Virus record (IMG/VR): IMGVR_UViG_3300025011_000040
Coordinates: 2,012 to 66,011 of that record
DNA from: a virus
Lineage: Duplodnaviria > Caudoviricetes
DNA: 64,000 nucleotides
Strand: one strand, 5' to 3'
Position 1 is the stretch's first letter; each line of letters begins with the position of its first letter. Under the pieces are notes generated by a model. It had not been told where the DNA came from, searched no databases, and was given only the letters and a program-made list of their open reading frames with translations. Position numbers and translations under genes: made by a program. Below are positions 29,996 through 38,233 of this stretch, in pieces.

Positions 29996-30928
29996 TCACC
30001 ACACCGAATTAATTACATTATGGCCGTCAACAACAGTGCTGCCGCTGCCTCCTGCCGGATAGTAGAGTTTGTCCTTTGTCGGACACGGTAACATCTGCCC
30101 GTCAGGCGTGCCGACATGCAGGCCCTCGTTACTTGACCATGTGGCGCAAAGCCCCGGAGGATAGTCCGGGACATTCGAGTAGTCTGTCAGTTCGATATTC
30201 TCCGAGAACTCATGCGCTGGGAAAGATGACCTTTTGTTCCACTCCATCGCCTCAAACTTCCCGTTGTAGGCGATAAACCCTGTCTGTTCGGAGTCGGAAA
30301 CCCATACCCCATGCTTGACCGGCTTCATCATCAGGACGTTGGAGTTGAACGGGAAAAACATTTTCGCCAAATTGAACTTACCGAAGGCCCGGTATTCAGA
30401 GACGAGAATCCAATTATCAACAGCGATCCACATCCGACCCTTGAAGACACATATCTTGTTCCCGAATGGAGCCGCGCTGAACACTCGTTGCGTTGGTGCG
30501 CCGACATGGGCATAACCAGGCCATACGCCGTTGATCCCTTCCCTAATGACGCCATGCGCTGAAAGACTCGACCAGTAGGTCTTCACGCCTGCCTGCCAGA
30601 ATCCAATCCGCTCGCCCTTAACCAGTCCAGAGACAACCGGGGTTGTGGAAACAGAAGCGTCAGGGTTGAGTTGAAAGATAGCCGCGTCAGATGTTCTCTG
30701 CTGCACCTGGAAAGCGTCTGCCTTGTCACACCATACCTGCGAGGGAACGGTTGAAATGGGCGTCTTTCCAAGCCTGCTGGATATCCGGCCAGTATCGTCA
30801 ATGATGACGTTGCCAGTCTCTGCCAGTTCCGCGATGCCGGTTTCGATGTCGAGCTTGAGCCGCACCGGATCCACCATATTGTTCTGACCGGTGGTGCCTG
30901 AGAAGATTGTTACCGGTTTCTCATCCAT
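29996..30928 (-). CDS. Tail stabilisation/nozzle-like protein
   Basis: N-terminus F.G..G.NN..DP..L..NV.IDDTGRISSR.G and ICVFKGRMWIA; follows the adaptor gene. Confidence 0.55.
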   Translation of the reverse strand: MDEKPVTIFSGTTGQNNMVDPVRLKLDIETGIAELAETGNVIIDDTGRISSRLGKTPISTVPSQVWCDKADAFQVQQRTSDAAIFQLNPDASVSTTPVVSGLVKGERIGFWQAGVKTYWSSLSAHGVIREGINGVWPGYAHVGAPTQRVFSAAPFGNKICVFKGRMWIAVDNWILVSEYRAFGKFNLAKMFFPFNSNVLMMKPVKHGVWVSDSEQTGFIAYNGKFEAMEWNKRSSFPAHEFSENIELTDYSNVPDYPPGLCATWSSNEGLHVGTPDGQMLPCPTKDKLYYPAGGSGSTVVDGHNVINSVW

Positions 30929-31572
30929 CAGTACTGCACCTCCACAATCGGCGGCGGCGGGAGAGACACGCCAACAGTCATGGTTCCCCGGACCTCTTCT
31001 ATCAGGTCATTGAATTTCTTCAGGTGATGGTTGGCCCCCAGTTTGACTATGCCGTTCTCTTGGATATCGGCGGCAGAATATGCGGCGAAGTGGACAATGG
31101 CCTTCTCAATTCGCTCAAGCACGGCAGGAGTGATGCCGTCAAGAACCAGAGTTTCCGCCGTGATCGCGGCCGGCTTGCGATAATAGAACAGCTTGATAGC
31201 CGTCACAGGGGTTTGAATGCGGTCGTAAGCAAGCAATACCCCATGCTCACAGACCATCGTTATCGTTCCAGCCGTCTCATATCCTGCTCCGGATGCGTCG
31301 AGGATCTGGCCAAGGTTCGACTTGACAGTCAGGCTTGCGCCATTCGGCAGCCTGGCCGCAAAAAGGCCCTTTTGGTAATTGGTGGGAAGGGCAACAGTGT
31401 TTCCGGTGAGAACTGAGTTGACCGACGCCGACGCCTGCAGCCCAGGGAAATACAGCCTGTTGGTTGCCAGCAGCAGGCCTTCGTTGAGGAAGTCCAGCAC
31501 ATCGTCATCGTCATAATCGGGCTCGTCGATTTTTTTGTGCGCCCGGGCCAGTAATATCTCTGCAGTCGCCAT
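30928..31572 (-). CDS. Head-tail adaptor protein
   Basis: T.EIL.RA..IDE..DDDVLDFLNEG..VALP..Y..IKLFYYRKP..AIVHFAAY pattern; position after head genes. Confidence 0.65.
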   Translation of the reverse strand: MATAEILLARAHKKIDEPDYDDDDVLDFLNEGLLLATNRLYFPGLQASASVNSVLTGNTVALPTNYQKGLFAARLPNGASLTVKSNLGQILDASGAGYETAGTITMVCEHGVLLAYDRIQTPVTAIKLFYYRKPAAITAETLVLDGITPAVLERIEKAIVHFAAYSAADIQENGIVKLGANHHLKKFNDLIEEVRGTMTVGVSLPPPPIVEVQY

Positions 31573-31600
31573 CTGTTGCCCCTATCCTTATTGATACTGA

Positions 31601-32092
31601 TTATCGCAGTGCTTCTTCGATCTCGGCGCCGGAGACTTTGAACCCGGCAAACTCGCTCACTGCATCGACTTTCGGGACGCCATTCAGGACGGACACCAGA
31701 GTCTTTCCGCCAGGCGTGAGGGATTCGCCCTGTTCCTTTAGGTCAAGCACTGATTTGACAGCCAGAAGGACGGTCTTATGCCTCTCTGCTGCTGCAGCGG
31801 CCTTTGCTGCGTCTTCGGCTGCGGTATCCGTTGGCGGTGCTTCCGGCGCTTCCGGCACTGGCGGAACAGGCGCAGGAGTAGCGGGTGGTTTCACATCCAG
31901 CGGTATTCCATCTCGAACCTCGGCCAAAGCGGCATCATACAATTCCTTGGAAAGCAGGCCATGTTTGAGCGCATCGGGCACCATCGGGTCCAGGACTTCC
32001 TGCCATTCACTTCCGACGATGACCACATGACCGCTCGTTGACGCCAGCCGAACGGGCTTCTGTCCGTTTCTTGTTTTGAAATATTCCGACAT
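31601..32092 (-). CDS. Hypothetical head-associated protein
   Basis: Pro/Ala linker; C-terminal G.PKVDAVS..GFKVS..EI. Confidence 0.55.
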   Translation of the reverse strand: MSEYFKTRNGQKPVRLASTSGHVVIVGSEWQEVLDPMVPDALKHGLLSKELYDAALAEVRDGIPLDVKPPATPAPVPPVPEAPEAPPTDTAAEDAAKAAAAAERHKTVLLAVKSVLDLKEQGESLTPGGKTLVSVLNGVPKVDAVSEFAGFKVSGAEIEEALR

Positions 32093-32160
32093 ATCGTTCC
32101 TCTTGAAGTATTGGCCAGGCCCCCGGGTGGAGGCCCAACCAGTTAATATTTAGGATGCCA

Positions 32161-32562
32161 TTAACCCTGGGTCGTATAGTTCTTGTTCGCCAGGGTATAG
32201 GTCACAACCAGCCAGCCCGACCCGAGAGTCATGGCGGCAGACGGCTTCAGGACCATTACCTTTTTTGCCCCAACAGGCTTGCCAACATTGAGCCAGTCAG
32301 CATCAAGGGCGGTTTTGGCTAAAGCGGTGGCATCAACAGCCGACAGATAAAGATCGTCGTCAGCGGTATTACCAACAGCGATAGTCTCGCCCGCGCCAAA
32401 TGCCGTATCAATAGAGAGGAAGCTATCCAGCGGGATTGCATCGCCGGGGATCTCCAACACCTCTACCTCTGCTGCCGAGGGGAAATCGGTATAATCGAAA
32501 CGGACCTTGCGGACTTCGATGGTCCCGACGCCTTCGCTTCGTACTTTTAAACTTGCGGCCAT
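32161..32562 (-). CDS. Putative capsid decoration/cement protein
   Basis: 133-aa beta-rich protein directly after the capsid gene; AGGAG RBS. Confidence 0.6.
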   Translation of the reverse strand: MAASLKVRSEGVGTIEVRKVRFDYTDFPSAAEVEVLEIPGDAIPLDSFLSIDTAFGAGETIAVGNTADDDLYLSAVDATALAKTALDADWLNVGKPVGAKKVMVLKPSAAMTLGSGWLVVTYTLANKNYTTQG

Positions 32563-32653
32563 GATGAACTCCTTGTGAAATAGATTATGAACCTGGTGCG
32601 GCAGCGGACCGACAAATCATCAGCCCGCCGCCATGGTGCGACCGAAGCCGCGC

Positions 32654-33775
32654 TTATTTAATGTAGAAATCCAGTGCGATTACGCCAAAATCCTCGTCGG
32701 CATTCTTGGTGTACTGGTTATCGAACCTGGGCTTACGGAAGCCGATGAACTTATCGGTGCTGATACCCTGCACACTGCCGTACTGGAACTCTTTCTCTAC
32801 CCAGTCAGGAGCCCCAACATCGACCATACCGAGAGCCTGTGCGCCGAGGAACAGGGACCGGGTGCCGTTGACCAAGCCGCCGCCGCCCCACTTCGAGCCA
32901 CTGGCAGCGCCCTTGGTGTTGAAGCATTTCTCATGCTCCATGATGACAATGCCGTCCACGGTGGTGATCGCCCCAGTAAAGAAGGGGTTTGACTCCGAGC
33001 CCCGGGCGCCGGCCTGGGTAATAGCCGCCAGGAAATCGGTGTCACGTTTCAGCGCGGCCAGGTTGCGCGGGTCAGTTACCCACAGGTAATATTCCTTCCC
33101 GCCCATGCGGATAGGCTTCATGTGGGATGTTTTGGCATAAGCCTTAATGTCTACAAGGGCGCCGTACTTCGGCACACAGGCGGATGTGATAGACGCCGTA
33201 TTACCAGCCTGCAGATCGGTTCCGTCAAAGTAGAAATGACGACCGGCAGAAGGTGCGGTTACATCAGCCGCAAAAGAAAGCTGATTCCAGGGGTTATCCT
33301 CGTCTTCCTCGGTGGAGTAGGTCGAGCCGTCCAGGTTGTAGTCGAGGGAGATACCGGAAAGCACCAGGAACGCCATGATATCCACGGCATCAGCCAGCCA
33401 GTATTTCAGGCGGTCGCGTCCAGTTTCCCGGAAATTAATAACTGACTGCTGGTCGGACAACTTGCCTTTGTTTTTTACCTGGTGACTGATCAACCCCATG
33501 TTGATGTCGATGTCGTAGTTCTGCAGGGCCTCTTCACGGCCTTCCCGCTCGTTGTCGTTAGCGACACCACGCTTGCGCAGCTCGGCAACCAGTTGCATAA
33601 TCGCCCGGGTGCCTTTTTCGGTCTTGGTGAGTTTCTTGATGTGCTGAATGGCCGCGTTGGTATTGTCACCCATCAGTTTCGAGACAAAGGACTCCGACCG
33701 CATGTAGGACCAAATGTCCGCCATCCAGTAGGTTTTTTCTTCAGAGGTCAGCCCCGCGAAATTTGTTGCATTCAT
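32654..33775 (-). CDS. Major capsid protein (N4-gp56/DUF4043-like)
   Basis: MNATNFAGLT..L.K.EKG.RA..L...GV..DN..EG.EEAL..INFRE..RD.L.YW..NPFFTG..LFLGAQAL..DFGVIALD. Confidence 0.9.
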   Translation of the reverse strand: MNATNFAGLTSEEKTYWMADIWSYMRSESFVSKLMGDNTNAAIQHIKKLTKTEKGTRAIMQLVAELRKRGVANDNEREGREEALQNYDIDINMGLISHQVKNKGKLSDQQSVINFRETGRDRLKYWLADAVDIMAFLVLSGISLDYNLDGSTYSTEEDEDNPWNQLSFAADVTAPSAGRHFYFDGTDLQAGNTASITSACVPKYGALVDIKAYAKTSHMKPIRMGGKEYYLWVTDPRNLAALKRDTDFLAAITQAGARGSESNPFFTGAITTVDGIVIMEHEKCFNTKGAASGSKWGGGGLVNGTRSLFLGAQALGMVDVGAPDWVEKEFQYGSVQGISTDKFIGFRKPRFDNQYTKNADEDFGVIALDFYIK

Positions 33776-33979
33776 ATCGATCTCCTGTGAGAAATTGAGA
33801 AAAACGGTTTAACTTCAGTGTTTTTCCGCACAGTTGACGGTCGTGTGGTGACCTGGATCGACATTTAACGCTCGTCGGAAGCTGGAACATGGAGCCTTTA
33901 TAGACGCGCCACGATTGGTCTTACTGCTGTGATTCCCCGGTCATCTTCACGGGGCCGAGGAATCACCTTGCCCGGAGGG

Positions 33980-34267
33980 TTAAACCTCCGTCCTATTAAT
34001 GACCGACATGGTTTCCTCGATATTGTAGTTTATCGAGTTCAACATACTTGCCATCGATTCAAATAAAGGGGCGCTGGCGGAAGAAAATGCAGGCGGGATT
34101 CCTTGCTCGCATTGCGGGATATTCTTGATTATCCCTGACAGCCTATCCGTTGTCCTCCGCCGCAGATCCTCAGACTTTGCCACAAGAGTTTCCATCCTCT
34201 CTATAATGTGGACGACTTCTTTCTCTTCTTCCACAACCTTATTCCCACCACTAACATTCGCGTTCAT
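33980..34267 (-). CDS. Small helical hypothetical protein between scaffold and capsid genes
   Basis: GGGAG RBS; 95 aa, two helices. Confidence 0.55.
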   Translation of the reverse strand: MNANVSGGNKVVEEEKEVVHIIERMETLVAKSEDLRRRTTDRLSGIIKNIPQCEQGIPPAFSSASAPLFESMASMLNSINYNIEETMSVINRTEV

Positions 34268-34308
34268 GCTTCACTCCCTTGTGTGTTGTTTTTCAGTTGA
34301 ACTTCTGG

Positions 34309-35322
34309 TTAAACGAAATCACCCCTGGCCCGCCGCTTCTCCTTCTCGCTCATTGACTTGCGCTCGGCATCGGTAAGCGTCAGAGCGTTTGGCTTGACGG
34401 TCGGAGTCGTTCTCGCAGACACTCCCGATGTCACCGGCGACGGTTGCTGGCTTGCCGCCTTGGCCCCGGAGATAACTGCGGTCTTCTTCTGCTCGGCCTT
34501 CTTCTGCTCGAGCTTGGCCTTTTCGGCGTCAGCCTTGGCCTTGGCCTCGTCGGTTTCCTCAACGACAACCTTGGGCTCACCAAAGAACCGCTTGGCCGTC
34601 TCTGCCAGCGCCTGGTCAAGAGAGTAGCCCTTTCGCAGCAGGGCGTTCTTGGCACCCTCAAAGACGTCCAGGTTGGTCTGGTCGGCGAAGAATTCTTTCT
34701 GCTCGACAACCAGTTGGTTGACCAGGGTCTGAGCCCTGCGCCTTGAATCCCTGGCCTCGGCCATGGCGTTGAACCGGATTTCAGCCTGAAGATCCTTAAA
34801 CTCGTCAATCTCCTGCATGATCTTGGCAGCGCCGTCAGTCTCACCATCGGCTACCAGGTCGGCATACTCTTTGTATTTCGCCTGCAGGTCGAACGTGGGC
34901 AGCGTCGGGGTAACTGCCGCAGCCTGCTGCTGGCCTGCCTGCAGCTTGGCAATTTCGTCCTTGAGGGCCTGAATCTCGATGTGCTTCTCTACGAGGCGAC
35001 CATAAGGCACATCCTTGGGGGTTTTCTTCTTCCCCTCGTCGGCTTCGAGTTCGCCTCCGTCGGTAGTGGTTCCAAGGTCGGCTTCGCCTTCACCTTCCGC
35101 CTCTCCTGTGTCGGCTGCGTCACCTTCGTCGGCAGCGGCAGTATCGTCGTCCTCGTCTCTTTCCTTGTCTTCATCGAGGATCAATTCTACCCGCTTATCG
35201 AGAGAATCCGGGTTCGGCATATCGCCCCGCTTCAATGCCAGTTCCTCCGGCACGTCGCGGTGCAGGACATCGGGCGTCAGTACAAAGAATTCATCATCGT
35301 CTATCAGAGATCCATCCGGCAT
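34309..35322 (-). CDS. Capsid scaffolding protein
   Basis: Acidic N-terminus, VPYGRL motif, coiled coil, C-terminal MSEKEKRRARGDFV; between portal and capsid genes. Confidence 0.75.
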   Translation of the reverse strand: MPDGSLIDDDEFFVLTPDVLHRDVPEELALKRGDMPNPDSLDKRVELILDEDKERDEDDDTAAADEGDAADTGEAEGEGEADLGTTTDGGELEADEGKKKTPKDVPYGRLVEKHIEIQALKDEIAKLQAGQQQAAAVTPTLPTFDLQAKYKEYADLVADGETDGAAKIMQEIDEFKDLQAEIRFNAMAEARDSRRRAQTLVNQLVVEQKEFFADQTNLDVFEGAKNALLRKGYSLDQALAETAKRFFGEPKVVVEETDEAKAKADAEKAKLEQKKAEQKKTAVISGAKAASQQPSPVTSGVSARTTPTVKPNALTLTDAERKSMSEKEKRRARGDFV

Positions 35323-35341
35323 AGCTATCACTCCTTGGTTT

Positions 35342-35575
35342 TTAGTTTCTGGCTACGGCCGCATTGGCCCAGAACATAGCCTCTTCAAGTTTGGTAATGG
35401 CAATCGATCGCTCGCGGGAGAACGGGGCGAGATCGTTAACCAGGTACGCGCACTCCTTGCATTTCGCCCGAATTGCCTCGTATTTTTCAGTGTCCCCTGG
35501 CCCTGGTGCATGGTGCATGAAATTGTTCTCTATCGTCGCGTCACCATTTATAAATGCTTTGTTGTCTTCCGGCAT
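35342..35575 (-). CDS. Acb2/Tad1-like putative anti-defence sponge protein
   Basis: NNFMHHAP..KYEAIR..SRERSIAITKLEEAMFWANAAVARN resembles the Acb2/Tad1-domain hairpin family (from memory). Confidence 0.65.
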   Translation of the reverse strand: MPEDNKAFINGDATIENNFMHHAPGPGDTEKYEAIRAKCKECAYLVNDLAPFSRERSIAITKLEEAMFWANAAVARN

Positions 35576-35617
35576 GGCTATCACTCCTGTTTGTGGGGTT
35601 CTTGTTGGACTTCTCCG

Positions 35618-35857
35618 TCACTCAACGTCAAGAAGTTCCGATATTTCCTTATCAGTGCAGCCGTATTCCTGCCGCAGTTCTTCAACGAGATTCGCGACCT
35701 GCTTTCTCAACCTCTCAACCTCGCTGGTTGCGGGATTCTCCGCCGGGGGCTGGAATGGCGGCCTCGGTTTTATCCCTTTTGACTCAGCAAACTTCTTTTT
35801 CAGCGCCTCAAGCTTCACCTGTCGTTCGCTAATCGCTTCCCTTGTTGCAGCTTTCAT
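35618..35857 (-). CDS. Small hypothetical protein
   Basis: GGGAGG RBS, 79 aa. Confidence 0.5.
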   Translation of the reverse strand: MKAATREAISERQVKLEALKKKFAESKGIKPRPPFQPPAENPATSEVERLRKQVANLVEELRQEYGCTDKEISELLDVE

Positions 35858-35870
35858 TTTCCACCCTCCC

Positions 35871-36080
35871 TTACGCTTGTGATCGTTCTATTTTGGTCCA
35901 ATTGGACAAATCACAAGGGATCTGCCACGTGGCCACACAGAATTTATCGCTGACGTGCATTGGCCTGACTCCGTTCTTTCTCATGATCGCTATCAGTCCG
36001 CGTAACCCTTCCATTGTAAGTTCATCGTTTGGCTTGCTGGGATGCGTTGCACAATCTTTTAACATTCCTACGTCCTCCAT
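35871..36080 (-). CDS. Small hypothetical protein
   Basis: ATG overlaps the portal stop (TGATG). Confidence 0.4.
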   Translation of the reverse strand: MEDVGMLKDCATHPSKPNDELTMEGLRGLIAIMRKNGVRPMHVSDKFCVATWQIPCDLSNWTKIERSQA

Positions 36081-38233
36081 CAGTCAATCACCTGTGTTTC
36101 AATCCCCTGGTTCACGCCATTCAAAGGAGACGGCGGTTCAGCGGGCGGCACAGGCGTCAACGGGTTCGTATTCGCTGGAAAATCAACCGGCCTTTCGCCT
36201 GCCTCCCGGTAAACTCCCTGTGCGTCAATAGGATATTCAGGAAGAAGAGGCGGCGTATCCATATCGATATCACCAGAGGACCGCAGCAGCACATCAGCCA
36301 GTGGCGCAGTGCTCGGGTCAGCGGCAATGACGCCTGCAGTCTGCAGCGCCGTGTATTTCGTCTCAGACCTGACATTGACAGTCTCGGCCTGCGCCTTCTC
36401 GGCCTGTGCTTTCTTGAGCGCGATTTCAGCTTCAAGTAGCGGATCAGAGGCGGAAGCAGACGCAAGGTCTTCAATCTCCTTGGCCAACTCATGCTTCTTG
36501 GCGTAGCTCGATGAGAGGATGATATGCCGGTCGGGAACGTTGACGCCCTTCTCCTTCATCTCCATTACCTGGGCGAACTGGCCTTCCTCGAATGTCGCAT
36601 GGGTCGGCGTGTCGGTGATAACCACATCATACCTGCCGATTGTGACATCGTTCAGCACTCCATCAACTGTCACTTGGTTGATTATCAGCTCGTCCGTGAC
36701 CTCCTTGGTGTCCCTGTCAATAAGCCGGAATACTCTCTCAGAGGTGTAAAACTGCTGGATCAGTTCAACGATCTTGGCCGCTGCCATCCGGCGAGTGAAT
36801 GCCAGGTTATCAAGCGGTCGGCCCATTTGAATCTGGCCCATGTACTGCTTTGTCTGGATGGCCTTGCCTGATATCTCGTTGCTGTTCAGTCCCTGAACTG
36901 CATCGCTCATGCCGGATATGGTCTTGATAGCCAGTTCGGCCCGGTCAACCAGCCTGTCGGCGCCATGTGGGGCCTGATTGGCCTGCCGCTTGATCGGCTT
37001 GTCGCCGCCCAGCTTGGAGCGGTAGACCAGGACCAGGCCGTTCTTGCCGCCGTTCTTCGCCAGATCTTCCGGTGTCATATTCACCAGGCTATCTTCCGGC
37101 ACATCCCAGCCGCTATTGCTGCTCGACCCAAGGATCTCTAGGTAATTGGTGATTGACTTGTTCTCCAACTCCTGGGGAGATGTGAGGTTGTCCACCATTC
37201 CCCGGGTGCGCCCCCGCCTGAAGTATGCGAAGTATGGCCGAACGGTGTATGTCTTGTAAGGGCTCCAGTCGTTGTGCAGCACCACTTCGCCGCAGGTCAC
37301 GGTCCAGCGTATCCTCTGGTACTTCTGCACTGAAAAGAATCCGTCACTTTGAGCCCGCTCCAACTCCCGTTCATCCATCAGTTCAACCGGGGAAATCTCA
37401 CCAGTGAAAGAGATATGGACCTTGCCGCGCTCAAGGCGCCGGTGCTGCCGGTCGATGATCAGATACAGCCTGCTTGCCTTATCATCCTTGGTCTGCGTAA
37501 CCCAGCCGTCAAAGCCGCTGCCGTCGCTGTCCTCGTTGAAATGCGGCCGGCTGAGAAAGGTATCCCCATCGGCAAAGTAGGCGTCTGCCGCTGCCTCTAC
37601 CCGGTCGGCCAGTTCTTCGCCGTAGTTCTGCTCAACATCGTCGCGGGAATACCACCGGGTAATGATGAAGTCGCCCCAAGTGGTAGGGTCATAACTCCTG
37701 CCGTCCGGGTCGGGCATACAATCAAGAGGGTCAAGGATCTCTTCAACGATCTCGCCCTGAAAGTTCTCATCGAAGGAAACCCGGAAGTCCATGTAACCGC
37801 GTTGCTGGATCAGCCCATCCTCAAACGCCTGGCTTTCCTTCCAGTGAAATTCGATGTTGTCGCAAACTTGGCTGACCAGCTTGGTCATTAGTTGGGCAGA
37901 TGCCTCATCAGCGCCACCACCCCGGGGAAGGAAGGACATGTCAACCCGGCTGTGCAGCTGCATCCCGGTTGCCGAGTTCACCGCCGGCAGCACATGATTC
38001 AGTTCAATCATTGGCCGCTTGGCCGCGTTCATCTCTTTCCTGTCAGCCTCCCGCCATTGCAGGCCGCCGCCCAGATAAACATCTTCGTTCCAAACCGCCC
38101 TGGCCATGTACTTCCGATGACCGGTACTGAGGCCATACTGATACCTGGCCATGTTCGTCCGAGCGACTTCCTCTTCAGATGCGCCGGATACCTTGTCGCC
38201 TCGCTTGGCCTTTTTGCCGGTTGTTTTGGTCAT
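36080..38233 (-). CDS. Portal protein (P22-like)
   Basis: GLQW..RP.IELNHV.PAVN..G.Q..DGLI..RGY..RGMV..L..PQ...NK..SG.AI..Q..NDVTIGRYDVVI; follows TerL. Confidence 0.9.
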   Translation of the reverse strand: MTKTTGKKAKRGDKVSGASEEEVARTNMARYQYGLSTGHRKYMARAVWNEDVYLGGGLQWREADRKEMNAAKRPMIELNHVLPAVNSATGMQLHSRVDMSFLPRGGGADEASAQLMTKLVSQVCDNIEFHWKESQAFEDGLIQQRGYMDFRVSFDENFQGEIVEEILDPLDCMPDPDGRSYDPTTWGDFIITRWYSRDDVEQNYGEELADRVEAAADAYFADGDTFLSRPHFNEDSDGSGFDGWVTQTKDDKASRLYLIIDRQHRRLERGKVHISFTGEISPVELMDERELERAQSDGFFSVQKYQRIRWTVTCGEVVLHNDWSPYKTYTVRPYFAYFRRGRTRGMVDNLTSPQELENKSITNYLEILGSSSNSGWDVPEDSLVNMTPEDLAKNGGKNGLVLVYRSKLGGDKPIKRQANQAPHGADRLVDRAELAIKTISGMSDAVQGLNSNEISGKAIQTKQYMGQIQMGRPLDNLAFTRRMAAAKIVELIQQFYTSERVFRLIDRDTKEVTDELIINQVTVDGVLNDVTIGRYDVVITDTPTHATFEEGQFAQVMEMKEKGVNVPDRHIILSSSYAKKHELAKEIEDLASASASDPLLEAEIALKKAQAEKAQAETVNVRSETKYTALQTAGVIAADPSTAPLADVLLRSSGDIDMDTPPLLPEYPIDAQGVYREAGERPVDFPANTNPLTPVPPAEPPSPLNGVNQGIETQVID

